A DNA stretch of 64,000 nucleotides from Eledone cirrhosa (GCA_964016885.1 OZ024740.1:156612001-156676000); one strand, 5' to 3'. Shown: positions 40,801 through 54,989, counted from the stretch's first letter. Translations and numbers: made by a program. Notes: a model not told the origin generated them from the sequence alone.

Positions 40801-43612
40801 TATGTTAATTTTAAACCTTCTGGTCAGAACTCTATTCGATTTGTGATGTTTAAAAATATACACAACTGAATTTATTCACCTGATATAGGGCTGCCTCCCT
40901 TGTCGATCCCCACGTGGGGTCAGCAATAGTCAGTACTTGTATTAACATTGAACTAAAACCTGTTGAGAAAGTGGCTTCCTTGTTCAATCATCTTACCAGA
41001 AGCCTGACATTATTTATGTAAGCAGACGGTACTTGATTTAGGAACCGCAGAAACCCAAATGCTGGATTTTACACACCTTCCAGGGGTCCGGGTAAATTTT
41101 TAATACCTGAATTACTTGATCGTTTTTTTGGCTATGCGAATTTTTGTTTAACCATCGTCTCAGTGTGTTTGGCGTTTAACATTTGTTATAGCTCTGGTTC
41201 AGCTGAACCATTGAGCACTTGCCTCACATCTCGGAGGTTGTTTTTTGTTATTTCGTGGGCCGAAATGCGAATCTCGATAATTTATGTTTGTATTTATCTC
41301 CAGAATCTAGCTATTGACCAGTTAATTTTCTTGATATTTTAGTTGATTCTATTGACTGATGAATAACTTATGTTAATTTTAACCCTTCTGTTGAGAACTC
41401 TATTCGATTTGTGACGTTTTTGCATTCTTGCAAAAATATACACAACTGAATTTATTCACCTGATATAGGGGCTGCCTCCCTTGCCGATCCCCACGTGGAG
41501 TCTGCAATAGTCAGTCCTTGTATTAACATTGAACTAAAACCTGTTGAGAAAGTGGCTTCCTTGTTCAATCATCTTACCAGAAGCCTGACATTATTTATGT
41601 AAGCGGACGGTACTTGATTTAGGAGCAGCAGAAACCCAAATGCTGGATTTTACCAACCTTCCAGGGGTCCGGGTAAATTTTTAATACCTGAATTACTTGA
41701 TCGTTTTTTTGGCTATGCGAATTTTGTTTAACCATCGTCTCGGTGTGTTTGGCGTTTAACGTTTGTTATAGCTCTGGTTCATCTGAACAATTGAGCACTT
41801 GCCTCACATCTCGGAGGTTGTTTTTCGTTATTTCGTGGGCCGAAATGCGAATCTCGATAATTTATGTTTGTATTTATCTCCAGAATCTAGCTATTGACCA
41901 GTTAATTTTCTTGATATTTTAGTTGATTCTATTGACTGATGAATAACTTATGTTAATTTTAACCCTTCTGTTGAGAACTCTATTCGATTTGTGATGTTTT
42001 TGCATTCTTGCAAAAATATACACAACTGAATTTATTCACCTGACATAGGGGCTGCCTCCCTTGCCGATCCCCACGTGCAGTCTGCAATAGTCAGTCCTTG
42101 TATTAACATTGAACTGAAACCTGTTGAGAAAGTGGCTTCCTTGTTCAATCATCTTACCAGAAGCCTGACATTATTTATGTAAGCGGACGGTACTTGATTT
42201 AGGAGCCGCAGAAACCCAAATGCTGGATTTTACCAACCTTCCAGGGGTCCGGGTAAATTTTTAATACCTGAATTACTTGATCGTTTTTTTGGCTATGCGA
42301 ATTTTTGTTTAACCATCGTCTCAGTGTGTTTGGCGTTTAACATTTGTTATAGCTCTGGTTCAGCTGAACCATTGAGCACTTGCCTCACATCTCGGAGGTT
42401 GTTTTTTGTTATTTCGTGGGCCGAAATGCGAATCTCGATAATTTATGTTTGTATTTATCTGCAGAATCTAGCTATTGACCAGTTAATTTTCTTGATATTT
42501 TAGTTGATTCTATTGACTGATGAATAGCTTATGTTAATTTTAACCCTTCTGTTGAGAACTCTATTCGATTTGTGACGTTTTTGCATTCTTGCAAAAATAT
42601 ACACAACTGAATTTATTCACCTGATATAGGGGATGCCTCCCTTGCCGATCCCCACGTGGAGTCTGCAATAGTCAGTCCTTGTATTAACATTGAACTAAAA
42701 CCTGTTGAGAAAGTGGCTTCCTTGTTCAATCATCTTACCAGAAGCCTGACATTATTTATGTAAGCGGACGGTACTTGATTTAGGAGCCGCAGAAACCCAA
42801 ATGCTGGATTTTACCAACCTTCCAGGGGTCCGGGTAAATTTTTAATACCTGAATTACTTGATCGTTTTTTTGGCTATGCGAATTTTTGTTTAACCATCGT
42901 CTCATTGTGTTTGGCGTTTAACGTTTGTTATAGCTCTGGTTCAGCTGAACCATTGAGCACTTGCCTCACATCTCGGAGGTTGTTTTTTGTTATTTCGTGG
43001 GCTGAAATGCGAAGCTCGATAATTTATGTTTGTATTTATCTCCAGAATCTAGCTATTGACCAGTTAATTTTCTTCATGTTTTGGTTGATTCTATTGACTG
43101 ATTAATAGCTTATGTTAATTTTAACCCTTCTGTTGAGAACTCTATTCGATTTGTGATGTTTTTGCATTCTTGCAAAAATATACACAACTGAATTTATTCA
43201 CCTGATATAGGGGCTGCCTCCCTTGCCGATCCCCGCGTGGTGTCTGCAATAGTCAGTCCTTGTATTAACATTGAACTAAAACCTGTTGAGAAAGTGGCTT
43301 CCTTGTTCAATCATCTTACCAGAAGCCTGACATTATTTATGTAAGCGGACGGTACTTGATTTAGGAGCCGCAGAAACCCAAATGCTGGATTTTACCAACC
43401 TTCCAGGGGTCCGGGTAAATTTTTAATACCTGAATTACTTGATCGTTTTTTTGGCTATGCGAATTTTGTTTAATCATCGTCTCGGTGTGTTTGGCGTTTA
43501 ACGTTTTTTATAGCTCTGGTTCATCTGAACCATTGAGCACTTGCCTCACATCACGGTGGTTGTTTTTCGTTATTTCGTGGGCCGAAATGCGAATCTTGAT
43601 AATTTATGTTTG
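40801..43612. repeat. Tandem array of ~580-bp units, ~4.8 copies
   Basis: TATGTTAATTTTAA recurs at 40801, 41369, 41949, 42530 and 43111. Units are highly similar. Confidence 0.96.
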
Positions 43613-43914
43613 TATATATATATATATAAATCTACATACATACATATATACATACATACATTTACTTATGTATATAGCTATGCATTTATACATTTGTATA
43701 TATACATACATTTCTATTTAAGTGTGTGTATATGTTGACATGATTGGTTTTTTTTTTTTCGGTAAGGAGAGAATTTTGACTCCAGATTTTATTTCCTAGG
43801 GAGATTAATTACCACAGCTCTGGTTGAAAGCTGACCAGGTTCTCAACCTCTTCAAACACCAATGCCGGCCTGTGTGTGTATATATGTGTGTGTATGTATG
43901 CATGTATGTATGTA

Positions 43915-44528
43915 TGTAAGTCAGGTCACCAGTTGGTGCTACTGGTAACATGTATCCCAGTACAACCTGTGTCATGGTCGGGTCGTTGGCGACTAAACTG
44001 GCAACCCCACCAAGGTTTCTTGGTGAGGAGGGTGACTTTGGACATCCTGCAGGACTAAAAACAAAACCTATCAAAGGGCAAAGGAACTCTTAAGAGTCAA
44101 TGGTCATCCAAAATCACCGGGAGAGATGACCCCCTTAGCCTTTGTCAAGGCAGAATTCTAGGAAAAGGAAAACTCTGATATAACACCTGCAACCCTGATG
44201 GTATCCAATGATGTTGACTTGTTCTTCTTTTTGGTAAATATCATCTTGGTTAAGAGAGTGGGACTGGCTTTGTGCAGTGCCTTTGCTCACTATAAAAGCT
44301 TCACGGCACAGGCATTGCCTTATATCTGGAGATCTCTCTGCACTTGTCGTCACATGGTACAATGGGCCCAGCACTATGTGTCAGTAATTGTCACAAGTGT
44401 AGTGTGTGTACCAGAGTTTTCAAGTCACTGGCTGGACTAAAAAGTCACTCGTTCAGTGCATCAGTAGGGGTTCTCCTACATGGATATAAAGTAGTGGCCG
44501 TACTCGAAAACGAGTTGGCAGCCACCAT
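43915..44528 (+). mobile_element. Probable internally deleted RTE-clade element (5' UTR-like part plus C-terminal zinc-finger remnant) between (TATG)n tracts
   Basis: CTAGGAAAAGGAAAACTCTGA resembles the reverse complement of 60765-60785. Peptide HKCSVCTRVFKSLAGLKSH. Confidence 0.55.
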
Positions 44529-45038
44529 GTATGCATGTATGTATGTTTATATGTATGTATGTACGTATGCATGTGTGTGTGTGATTGCTTCTTTTCCTTG
44601 TCTTTTCTGTTGTTCTTGTAACTGTCGTCATAATTTATGTTGTCCTTATTTTCATTTTCTTTGATTTCTTTCATTTTTCTTTATCTCCCTAGAAAATTCG
44701 TTGACAAGCTTCTTTCATTTATTTTCTCCGTTTTCTTCATCAAATGTATTCACACTGGGTGTCTCAGAGACGTACAAATATGGCTTATAATACTTACCTG
44801 ACTAAAGAGCCTTCAGCCCCCCCCCCTAGCGCACCCCAACGTGCCCCTCTCCCTAACGCCCCCTTGCTCTAAAACGCCTCACTGGAGCTCCGAAACGCCC
44901 CCTCCCCGTTGAGAACCATTGAACTATAGGGATATAAAATATACGGAAGTGAAAACCAACCCAAACCAAACAGTGTGTGTGTGTTTTATTATACAATTCT
45001 GGCAATATTATAACAACATGACCCTCCCAAATATAACA

Positions 45039-45184
<146 letters not shown>

Positions 45185-46884
45185 GAGGGGGGGGGGGGGC
45201 AAATATAAATAGGATTTTGCACTAATAACTTTAGAGCAATATATCTCAAATCAGAAAAGCAATCGAAACTAGAATTTTTTGATTTTCATATATAGAAGGA
45301 ACCGTCGAGAATCGATGAAATGCAGGCATAAAAATAACTTATGTTTCTTTCTACGTGTGGAGAAATATTTGAAAGCGCTTTGACAGTTAAGGCTTCTTTA
45401 CTGCATGAAGATTACCTAAATCAAGTATAGATATTTATTATATATCCAATATATTTTGCCGCTGATAATGATTTTTACGTTGACACAAGGTTACACATTA
45501 AATCGAATCGCAATATTACTATTACCTAGTTTATTGAACCTGTACCGATTAGAAGCATATTTAGAATTGGCGGGAATTTTTATTGGATACGAAGATGAAG
45601 CAACTAAGAATCTGTGCGCAATATTTTCTGCGCAATTTTCCAGTCTGTTGCATTTCTCTGCATGTGATTTAAAAATATATACCATGTAACAAGGGATTTA
45701 GTGTTTACATACTTCACCGGGGAATATTTGTTGTTTACCTTTATATTACCAAAGAACATAGACGTTTTGTTGCTGTTAATGAAGGAAGCACTATAGTAAG
45801 TTTATAATTAATTTCGAGATAATTTGGAAACGATCTTTATCTCCACGTTTTACTTAAGAAATATAATATCAGTATTTATCGGGTTCTGAAATTTCATTCA
45901 CTTGCAAGTTAACTGACACTTGCGATTCAGAATACACGAAATCATAACAACGAAACATTATTATCTGAAATTATCTAGCGCCTACGTAACGATTCCATAT
46001 CATACATATTCAAACATTTCGATATATAACTCGGTAATTTAAAGTATAACCATTAGGACAAAATTTATTTTACGTACATTTTAAAATCCTTTATTGTTTA
46101 TGTAATAGCAAGGTTTAACACATTTCATGAACGTTTTATCAAATTCGCTAAATAGAGCCAAATTGACCAAATTTGGCATCATCGTGATCAGAATATTCTG
46201 TCATTCACCTTTATTAATTGGTAGATATTGTCAACTTAGTATGGCTAGGAATAAGGAACTTATAAAGCAAATGCTTCAACGTCAATGTCGACCATTACAG
46301 AAACAGTAATAAATATTACCATTATTACAATTTCTTGCATAGACAGAAAGCTATAATTGAATGAAATTGATTATCACATTAATTGACTGGCATTTATTTA
46401 ATTGACTAAGGAAGGGTGATAGGCCAAGTCTATCTCGAGTCAGAACATAATAAATATAAAACTAAACATATTCTCTATTATTGATACTTTCTCAATACCA
46501 CAAATTATTTTGTCAGATGCTTAGCTAATTTTGTAAATTCTTCAATAAGGATTTATTAATTAAATTATAAATAACAATTGCTTCTACTTTTAGCACAAGG
46601 CCATCAATTACCACAGCGTATTACTGGTGTTTTATTTTTTTGGACCGCGTAAGGATGTAAAGAAATGATAAAAAGTGAAAAGGAAACAAGAAAAATAAAG
46701 AATAGGGAAATATAGAGAAAAAAGAGAAAATGAAAGAAAAAATAGAACGGGAATGGGTGGGGATGGCCAGAGCTATGATGTCGCGGAAGAGAGGGGAGGG
46801 GTGAGGGGGGGGGGGGCGATTGGGCTTGGGCCTAGGGCAAGACCGCAAAAGCATTTCCGCGGACAATGGACAATGACACCCGCT

Positions 46885-47203
46885 GCAACAATTGGATGGC
46901 CAACCTCGATTGTTTTTTATCAATTGGATTTTACACCTACTTCCCTTCTTCTGATTACCGAATGCTGAAGCTGGCGCATTACTGCACCAGCTCCTACAAT
47001 TCTTGCATTTAATTCAACCTCTTGCCTTCCATCACTCGTGGACATGGTCCCGAGATATTTGAACTTCTCCACCTGATTCTGTGGAATTCCATTCACATCT
47101 AGAGTGCTCTGCGCAAGCTTCCATGAGATGGCGAGTGTCTCAGTTTTCGTAGCACTGATTTTCATTCCCGCTATGCAGCACTCGGCATCAAACCTATCAA
47201 GTG
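46885..47203 (-). mobile_element. RTE-clade RT C-terminal fragment
   Basis: MKISATKTE..QVEKFKYLG..SDGRQEVELNARI. Confidence 0.8.
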
Positions 47204-47495
47204 ACCGGATATTAAAATAAACAACAGCAAAGAAAAAAAACTATCTTCTAATTGATATATCTATCTCTACAGACGACAATATATCTATCAAGGAGATGGA
47301 GAAATTATTCAAATATATAGATCTGGATATAGAAATAACCAGAATGTGGATGATAAACACAGAAACAATCTGTATAATAATAGAGGCACAGATACATAAC
47401 CAAAATCCCAGGACTTACAAATTTGTACAACATACAGAAAATAGTACCACTCGTCATTGCACACATTCTATGAAGTGTAATCCCAATACAATAGA
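47204..47495 (+). mobile_element. R4-like RLE endonuclease 3' remnant
   Basis: PDI..LLIDISISTDDNISIKEMEKLFKYIDLDIEITRMW, similar to the family B C-terminus. Confidence 0.75.
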
Positions 47496-47599
47496 ACTAG
47501 CTACATACATGACACAATACAATAGAACTAGCACATACATGCCACATAGATCTGTGGTCGGTAATGCAGTAACGACTCTCAATAAAAGTAAAAGAGATT

Positions 47600-47825
47600 T
47601 TAATAATGGTTTCTTATATAGGCACAAGTCCAGCAATTTTGGGGGATGGGAAAGTCGATAAAATCGACCCCAGTGCGTGACTGGTACTTTATTTGTTCGA
47701 CCCCGTAAGGATGAAAGGCAAAGTTAACCTTGGCGGGATTGAAACTCAGATCATAAAGCGCCGTAACACTTTGCTGCAAAGCATGGCGTCTGACCTTCTA
47801 CCGATACTGCCAATCCACCGCCCTA
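47600..47825 (-). mobile_element. tRNA-derived SINE
   Basis: Same family as 33389-33607. Confidence 0.85.
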
Positions 47826-48349
47826 AAAAAAGATATTAACAATAATATCGATAATAATTCCTTACAAAGGTATATGGCTACATAACTGACAATATAGAAT
47901 AACCAATAATAATCATTACATGATATCAGAACGCAAAGGGACCTAATTAAATACCGCTATATATATTGTTTTGTGGACTTCATAAAAGATTATACTATCT
48001 AACAATAATTGTACTTTCTAACATAGATACAAGACAGGATATTTTGGTGTGAAACAATCGATTAAATTGTCCCTAGTACTTAATTGGTTACTTTATTGAA
48101 TGAAATCAGGATCGAACTGTAATATTAATTGTTTCAAATTTAGGCACAATGCTCTTCGTTTTGGAGGAAAGGGAAATCGATTATATCGAACCAAGTACTT
48201 AACTAGTACTTTATGTTATTGGCCCTGGAAGGATAAAAAATAACGTTGACTACTTCGGTGTGATTTGAGCTCATAATGTAATTAAATGTCGCAAACCCTT
48301 TTGCTGACGTTCCAGCGATTCTGCTGTTTCACCGAAATTCCAACATTAA

Positions 48350-48545
48350 TAATAATTGTTTCTACTTTTGGCACAAGGCCAGCAATTACACAGTGTATTA
48401 CTGGTACTTTATTTTATCGACTCCGTAAGGAAGAAAGGCAAAGTTAACCTCGGTTGGATTTGAACTCAGAATGGCAAGTGTTGTAACTCTATACGTCAAA
48501 GTATGGCGTCCGACCCTCTACCGATACTGCCAATCCACCGCCCTA
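48350..48545 (-). mobile_element. tRNA-derived SINE, preceded by older copies at ~48000-48340
   Basis: Same core and B-box. Confidence 0.85.
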
Positions 48546-48628
48546 ATTCCAACATTAATAATAATGATTTCTAACTTAGATTACAAGACCAGACGCTAAA
48601 TTAAATCACAGAATATTATCATTATTTT

Positions 48629-48812
48629 ATGGCAGTATCGGTAGAGGGTCGGACGCCATGCTTTCCAGCATAGTTACGTCCCTTTACGATCTGAGTTCAA
48701 ATCCCGCCGAGGTTGACTTTGCCTTTCATCCTTACGGGGTCGATAAAATAAAGTACCAGTAATGCACTGGGTAATTTGCTGGCCTTGTGCCTAAAGTAGA
48801 AGCAATTATTTT
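48629..48812 (+). mobile_element. tRNA-derived SINE
   Basis: A-box-like TGGCAGTATCGG, B-box GAGTTCAAATCC, core GCCTTTCATCCTTACGGGGTCGATAAA. Confidence 0.88.
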
Positions 48813-49709
48813 ATTGAACACGCAGAGATGGAAACAATGTTGGAAATGGTGAATTTCAACCAAGATTAAAACATGACGTAACTAAAATCCACGAGATATC
48901 CTACTAGGTATTAGCAAAAAGCTTGAATTTTATTAAAATAACACAAAAATATATAATTAAACCTTCGGGCTTTTCTTTTTCCTAAGTATGGAATTCAATT
49001 TCTTTAATTTTTAAGCACAATATTTCAGATGTTTGCAATTCTCTACATGTATTTCTAAAAATAGTTTTTCCATTTTAACAAAGAATTTAATGTTTCTGAA
49101 CATAGCCGAGAACGATTTTGTACCCAAAGAAAACAGCCTTTCTGTTGGTGTTGATAAATGAGGCAATGATAGTGAAGTTTATAATTAATTGAGGAAAGAT
49201 GTTTATCTTCACATTTTACTTGAGAAATATAAGACCAGTGTTTCTCTGGTTCTAAAATTTCATTCGCTTGTAAGTTAAATCATGCTATACACTATAAATA
49301 TTTTCATACGTTTTTGCCTCAATAATATTAGGAAATTTCATGGCCAATGAGATAATAGAAGGTGGCTGTCCGTGTGACGCATAAGGCTTAAATTTGCGAT
49401 CATACTAACTGATAGTCGCTATTCATACACTTCCTTGCAGAAATATTGACGTAAAACTTCAGTCATTGTAAAAGGTATATAAGTAGAAAGATATACACAC
49501 ACCACGTGACGTCAATGCGCAGAATACAGTCAGCTCATATACACTTCCACTCTCAGTACAACCTCACCCCAAATCTGTTGGGTGAAATGCGCGTCCTCGA
49601 GTATGGTTTGCTAATTTATTGTGGAACTAACTCTATACAGAACTCGTTCTCTGGACTGAGTGCTCTACTTACTACGGATATAAACTCCCGTTATTTTATC
49701 ACTATATAT

Positions 49710-49754
<45 letters not shown>

Positions 49755-50124
49755 AAGAGAGTGTTGAAGTTTGTTTGAAGCATTGTGGAATAATAAAAAA
49801 AATTTCGTCGTTTTGGAATGCCTCATCAGTGCAGATGGGTAAATCTCCGGGTAACAGAAACCGGTGGTGAAGAGAGAGGTGTAAGATGTAAGAGGAAATG
49901 TAGAATGAGATGTGTAGTGTGTAGAGGAACGTAGGAAAAAGCGTAAAAATAAAAATAATAACACGAGTTAGAGTTACCTGGGAGAGATATAACTGTCCCT
50001 ATATTTCGGATTTCGCATCCATCAACTGGGGGTTTTTCCGAGGAGGAAAGATATCTGTCGGAGAGGAACGGTACGTGGCCTCTGTTGTCCGTCGTTTGTG
50101 TGTAACTGATATATATATATATAC

Positions 50125-50242
<118 letters not shown>

Positions 50243-50319
50243 ATATATATCATAGTAGAACAGTGGTGGGTTGTATCCGTAGTAGTAGAGCACTCAGTCC
50301 ATGGGACGTGTTTGGTAGA

Positions 50320-50448
50320 AGTAGTTCCACAACAGTTAGTTCACCATACCGAGAACAAATGTTCCATCTTATTCCAATCCGAGCTGAGGATCGGAATAAG
50401 GTGAAACATTTGTTCTCGGTACGGTGAACTAACTGTTGTGGAACTACT
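50320..50448. repeat. Palindrome with ~61-bp arms containing a hammerhead-like core
   Basis: Arms 50320-50380 and 50388-50448. CCGAG-CTGAGGA..GAAA-CATTTG-TT-CTCGG. Confidence 0.85.
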
Positions 50449-50449
50449 T

Positions 50450-50534
<85 letters not shown>

Positions 50535-50537
<3 letters not shown>

Positions 50538-53006
50538 GATATTAAATAAATGGAAACTATATTTATAAAACCATATTTATTTCATTATATATATTTCAGG
50601 GATATCATATTAACAATATGTTATGCCTTCCTCAGACAAAATACAATATAGACAGTTTTATAAATAAATAGATTTGACATACCTTTCAACATCGACTTGC
50701 ATTTGAAAAGTTGATTTGGCAGTGAAAATTGTAAACAGAAAGAAAGAAAGAAAGAAGGAAAGAAAGAAAGAAAACGAAGAAAAAGAAGAAATGCATGCAA
50801 CTAAATAGAGAGATGGAAAGATAGATAAAGAGAAGAACTTCATGTAAAGAAACAGAGAGAGATATATAGAGAGAGGAAATAGATAGAGATAGATATATAT
50901 AGAGAAAAGTAGGTAGTTGAACATCCGTTGAATGACGTATCAGTGATACATTTATTTATTTATTTATTTATTTAGCTCTAGTATTAATGTAAGGGAGATA
51001 TATGTGGTTAGGAGAGAAACCAGCCGTTATATAGAGAGACAAATGAAAAGTAACCAGACATAGGCGAGGCAGAATTTAAAAGCCCTATGTTTCAAAATAG
51101 AAATATTAGTTCGTATAAAAAACAGGCACTATAATGTAAATATCAGTATTCATGAATGAGACACGTATCTATAATGTGTGAAAAGTAATGATCTTATGTC
51201 TAGTTTTAAAAATTCATATGTTTATATGATAACTACAAACATCGATGTGAATTTACGTGATCAGCTCTGCAAACCCCTATTTCACACGGAGATCATTCTC
51301 ATTGTGCTATAAAAATTTAAGTATACATATATGTGTATATATACACATATATATAGAGTCTATATTAATTTTAACAATACTATTCTTGTCTTTACTCTAC
51401 ATGATTATCTATCAAGCAGAAATAGAGAACAGATTTCAATATATTAATAAAAATATCAGAAACAAAAACAAAAAATAATAATAAATAAATAAAACAGAAA
51501 ACTAAAAAATATTAAATATTAAAAATAAAAATATTAAAAATATTAAAAAATATTAAAAAATATTAAAATAATAAAAATAAAAACATAGTATGCCACGCAA
51601 ATCGACCACAAAGATCAACCCTTCAAAATTAATTGACAATTTATTGCCAAGTTCATTATAAGCATCAGAGTCGAAAACAGATAAAACTAAAAATTATTTA
51701 CCAAATCCTGTCTAGCAGAAATCATTTCAAAAGTTTAGGATACCCATTTGGTCTACATATGTTCTTATATCTAACATTTAATATTTAATATAGAAGTTTA
51801 TCTAGTGTAACATATATTCGATATATTTGGAGCATCAACTTTTAGGGTAGTTTAATTTTTCATGAAGAATGTTTAAAATAAAAATAAAAAGAAGAATAAA
51901 AAGATTTATCGGCTAGTTTCATAAATAATTACAAATCAAACTAAATATACTACATTTTAAATTTAAATTTATATTTAAAAGTTGAGTTCAATCTATGTTT
52001 GCAGCAACTGAATAAATTTGTCCGTAGATTAAGGGAATTTTTAGATTTTAGTATAAAGAATATCTCCTCCGCGCAGAGGTCACATGTCTCAGAGGATGAA
52101 TTAAAAGGAATCCCTCTTGAGACTATATTCCAAGCCGTCGAATATCTAACGTTATCATGCCTAAGTTGCTAGAGTACGCCTGATAGTGCTGTTGAAGATT
52201 TTTTGCTTGGATCTGAGAAAGAATTCTTGTGGTTATTATAGCGAAGTTTAAATTCCGTCGATGTGGAACCAACGTAGTTAAAAGAATTAGAGTTCGTTTT
52301 AACATTACAGTTGTATATTATATTTTTAACTAAGCAGTTGTTATTTAACGGACATTTAGATCTATCTCTACAGTTACATTTGTTAACTTGTATATTATTT
52401 ATGCTATTATCGCTAGGTTTTAAGTTCCTATTATTTATTCTATTAATATTTTGTGCTAAATTTTTGGTGGATGAGTAGGTTAATTTTATAGTATGTCTAT
52501 TGAAAATTGAGTGATACCTATGTGTTCTAGGGAAGCGATTATCAAGAGCTTTAAAAAATAGTTTAGCGATGTGGGTTTTAATGTTTAGTGAGAAAGGGGG
52601 GGGGGGGGGGCAAACCATATTATGTTCCTAGTTCTATTTCTTTTTTGGCTTTTGGAATTATTGTAATGCTTTCTATTATAGTTGTTAAGGTTGTGGCCGT
52701 AATTAAAATAGTTGTTATTTTGTTTAGTTTGTCACTGCCAAATCAACTTTTCAAATGCAAGTCGATGTTGAAAGGTATGTCAAATCTATTTATTTATAAA
52801 ACTGTCTATATTGTATTTTGTCTGAGGAAGGCATAACATATTGTTAATATGATATCCCTGAAATATATATAATGAAATAAATATGGTTTTATAAATATAG
52901 TTTCCATTTATTTAATATCGTAAATATACTCCAAATACTTGTTGAGTGCTTTTATATCAGTTATAAATATTTACTCGTTGTAACCCAACAATTTAAATAT
53001 AACTTT

Positions 53007-53010
<4 letters not shown>
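50535..53010 (-). mobile_element. Penelope-like GIY-YIG fragment (~51975-52620) between ~190-bp inverted pseudo-LTRs (50535-50725 and 52732-52922) bearing hammerheads
   Basis: FPRTHRYHSIFNRHTIKLTYS, CNCRDRSKCPL, NIIYNC..YVGST..FKLRYNNH. Hammerhead at 52814-52879: CTGAGGA-AGG..CATATT/AATATG..CCT-GAAA-TATATA-TA. Confidence 0.9.
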
Positions 53011-53058
<48 letters not shown>

Positions 53059-53062
<4 letters not shown>

Positions 53063-53760
53063 GAGGTTTATCCCCAAAGTATGAATAGTAATGTTTTATT
53101 TAAATGGATATTAGACGTAAATGAAGTTACAATTTATCCCTTTCAAAATATGACCCTTGGGAAGTCACACAGTAGTTCCAAAGTTTCCTGTATTGATCGT
53201 AGCAGTACGGGAAGTCATTTTATGTGAGTCTCCTTAGCTGATCTGTTACAATTTTTGTTTTGTTTTCCACACTTCCAAATGATGAGCCTTTAAATTCTAT
53301 TTCAATTTAGGATAGAAGTAGAAATCACACGGAGCTAGATCTGGGAGGATGTGGAAGAGTGGGAACGTTTTTCTTTGCCAGAAATTCTCTGATTGAATGT
53401 ATTATGTGAGCAGGCGCATTATCGTGGGCTGTGCCCAATCTTCGCAATGTCCTTTCGGACTCGTTAGACCCGTTTTCGAAGTCATTCCAAGATTTTGTTT
53501 TATAGAAAGTGTGAATAACTGTTTGTCTTAGAAGAGAGGGAAAAATTCTTTGTGAACAATACCATGGCTGTCGAAAAAAATGATAACCATCGTTTTCACA
53601 TAGGATCTGCTCATGCATGCTTTCTTCAGGGGGAAGAGAATGGTTCATATACCACTTCTCACTTTATTTTGTTTCTGGATCGTACCCGAACACCTATGAT
53701 TCATTTGATCGCGTACCGTTGTTCGATATTTTTTCTGCATCGCAAACGTAACCGAGGTTA
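53059..53760 (-). mobile_element. Mariner transposase remnant
   Basis: HDNAPAH..EFLAKKNVPTLPHPP, then PDLAPCDFYF in an adjacent frame. TACGAGG terminus abutting (TA)n. Confidence 0.85.
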
Positions 53761-54066
53761 TAAACAACAATAACTCGTGACTGACTCATTCAGTCATGTT
53801 GAAACAAGTATGTACGTGTAGCCAAGGATATAACCAACACGTCAACGAAGTGTAGCGTTACCATGTCGTACATAGAAAAATCAATACCTATACTTGTATA
53901 TCGATATGTTGTTGACGGACGAGAGAATTGAGTACTCAATAAAGAAGCAGAGTTTAACTATTCAATTACTATGGCTAAGTAGTGAGTCTTGTTACTCTGG
54001 AGTTTCACCTGCGCACTTGGAAGATCATCAGACAAGACGAATATATATATATATATCTATATACAA

Positions 54067-54930
54067 AATACAAAATTTAGTACAGCATCAACGAAGCCAT
54101 GGTTGCAGCCAAGCTAACAAATGCAGTTTCGGTGTGCAGCTAAGCACTCGGATAGGGTATATAACCCTAGAGTTATAACATTACGTTTAGACAGCTTTGC
54201 AAAATGAAGACAGCGACCGATAGAAGGGCCGCAGTGACCATAGCCACGAAAAAGACTGAACTCAGGAAAAATTCGACTAACCTGGACCGTCGCGTCGACA
54301 TCATACATAACACATAATACATATAATATATACCATATAACATACATCACATGTAATCCACAATATCTCCGCTAGGTTTCTGTAAATCCGAAATCAACAA
54401 AATCCACTTGCAGGGGTCTGCAAGTTAATGGTTTTTGAAGATAGAACAATGGAGTTTACTTCGTCAACAAGTTTTTCGTTCTGGTCCGCTCGGGTGTTTT
54501 ATGCTAGAGTAAGCGCTGCTAGCAAACACATGGTTTTCCAAAAGGGAGGTAACCCCCGATTTTAGCGGTCAATTCAAAATTTGGAACAAAGGAATAGAAA
54601 TTCCCTTACACAAACCGAATTAAGCACTCAACTAGAAGTTATCAAACAAACATAAACCATTAATCGATCAATAGAATTGTGTAATTAAATTAATCAATTA
54701 ATGGTTAGTTCTAGGAGATAATAATACAAAATTTAGTACAGCATCAACGAAGCCATGGTTGCAGCCAAGAAGCTAACGAATGCAGTTTCGGTGTGCAGCT
54801 AAGCACTCGGATAGGGTATATAACCCTAGAGTTATAACATTACATTTAGACAGCTTTGCAAATGAAGACAGGGACCGCTAAAAGGGCCGCAGTGACCATA
54901 GCCACGAAAAAGACTGAACTCAGGAAAAAT

Positions 54931-54931
<1 letters not shown>
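54067..54931. repeat. ~205-bp direct repeats (54067-54273 and 54724-54931) bounding an unknown ~860-bp element
   Basis: Seen directly, with (TA)n on both sides. Confidence 0.88.

Positions 54932-54989
<58 letters not shown>

Noticed and set aside
41350-41400. CTGATGA in the tandem units as a hammerhead
   Set aside because: No downstream GAAA box or helix I/III pairing.
45456-45800. Possible host exon or Helitron helicase motif (TQGYTLNRIAI) with a GTAAGT donor
   Set aside because: Weak similarity, and stops in the frames examined in this copy and its paralogue.
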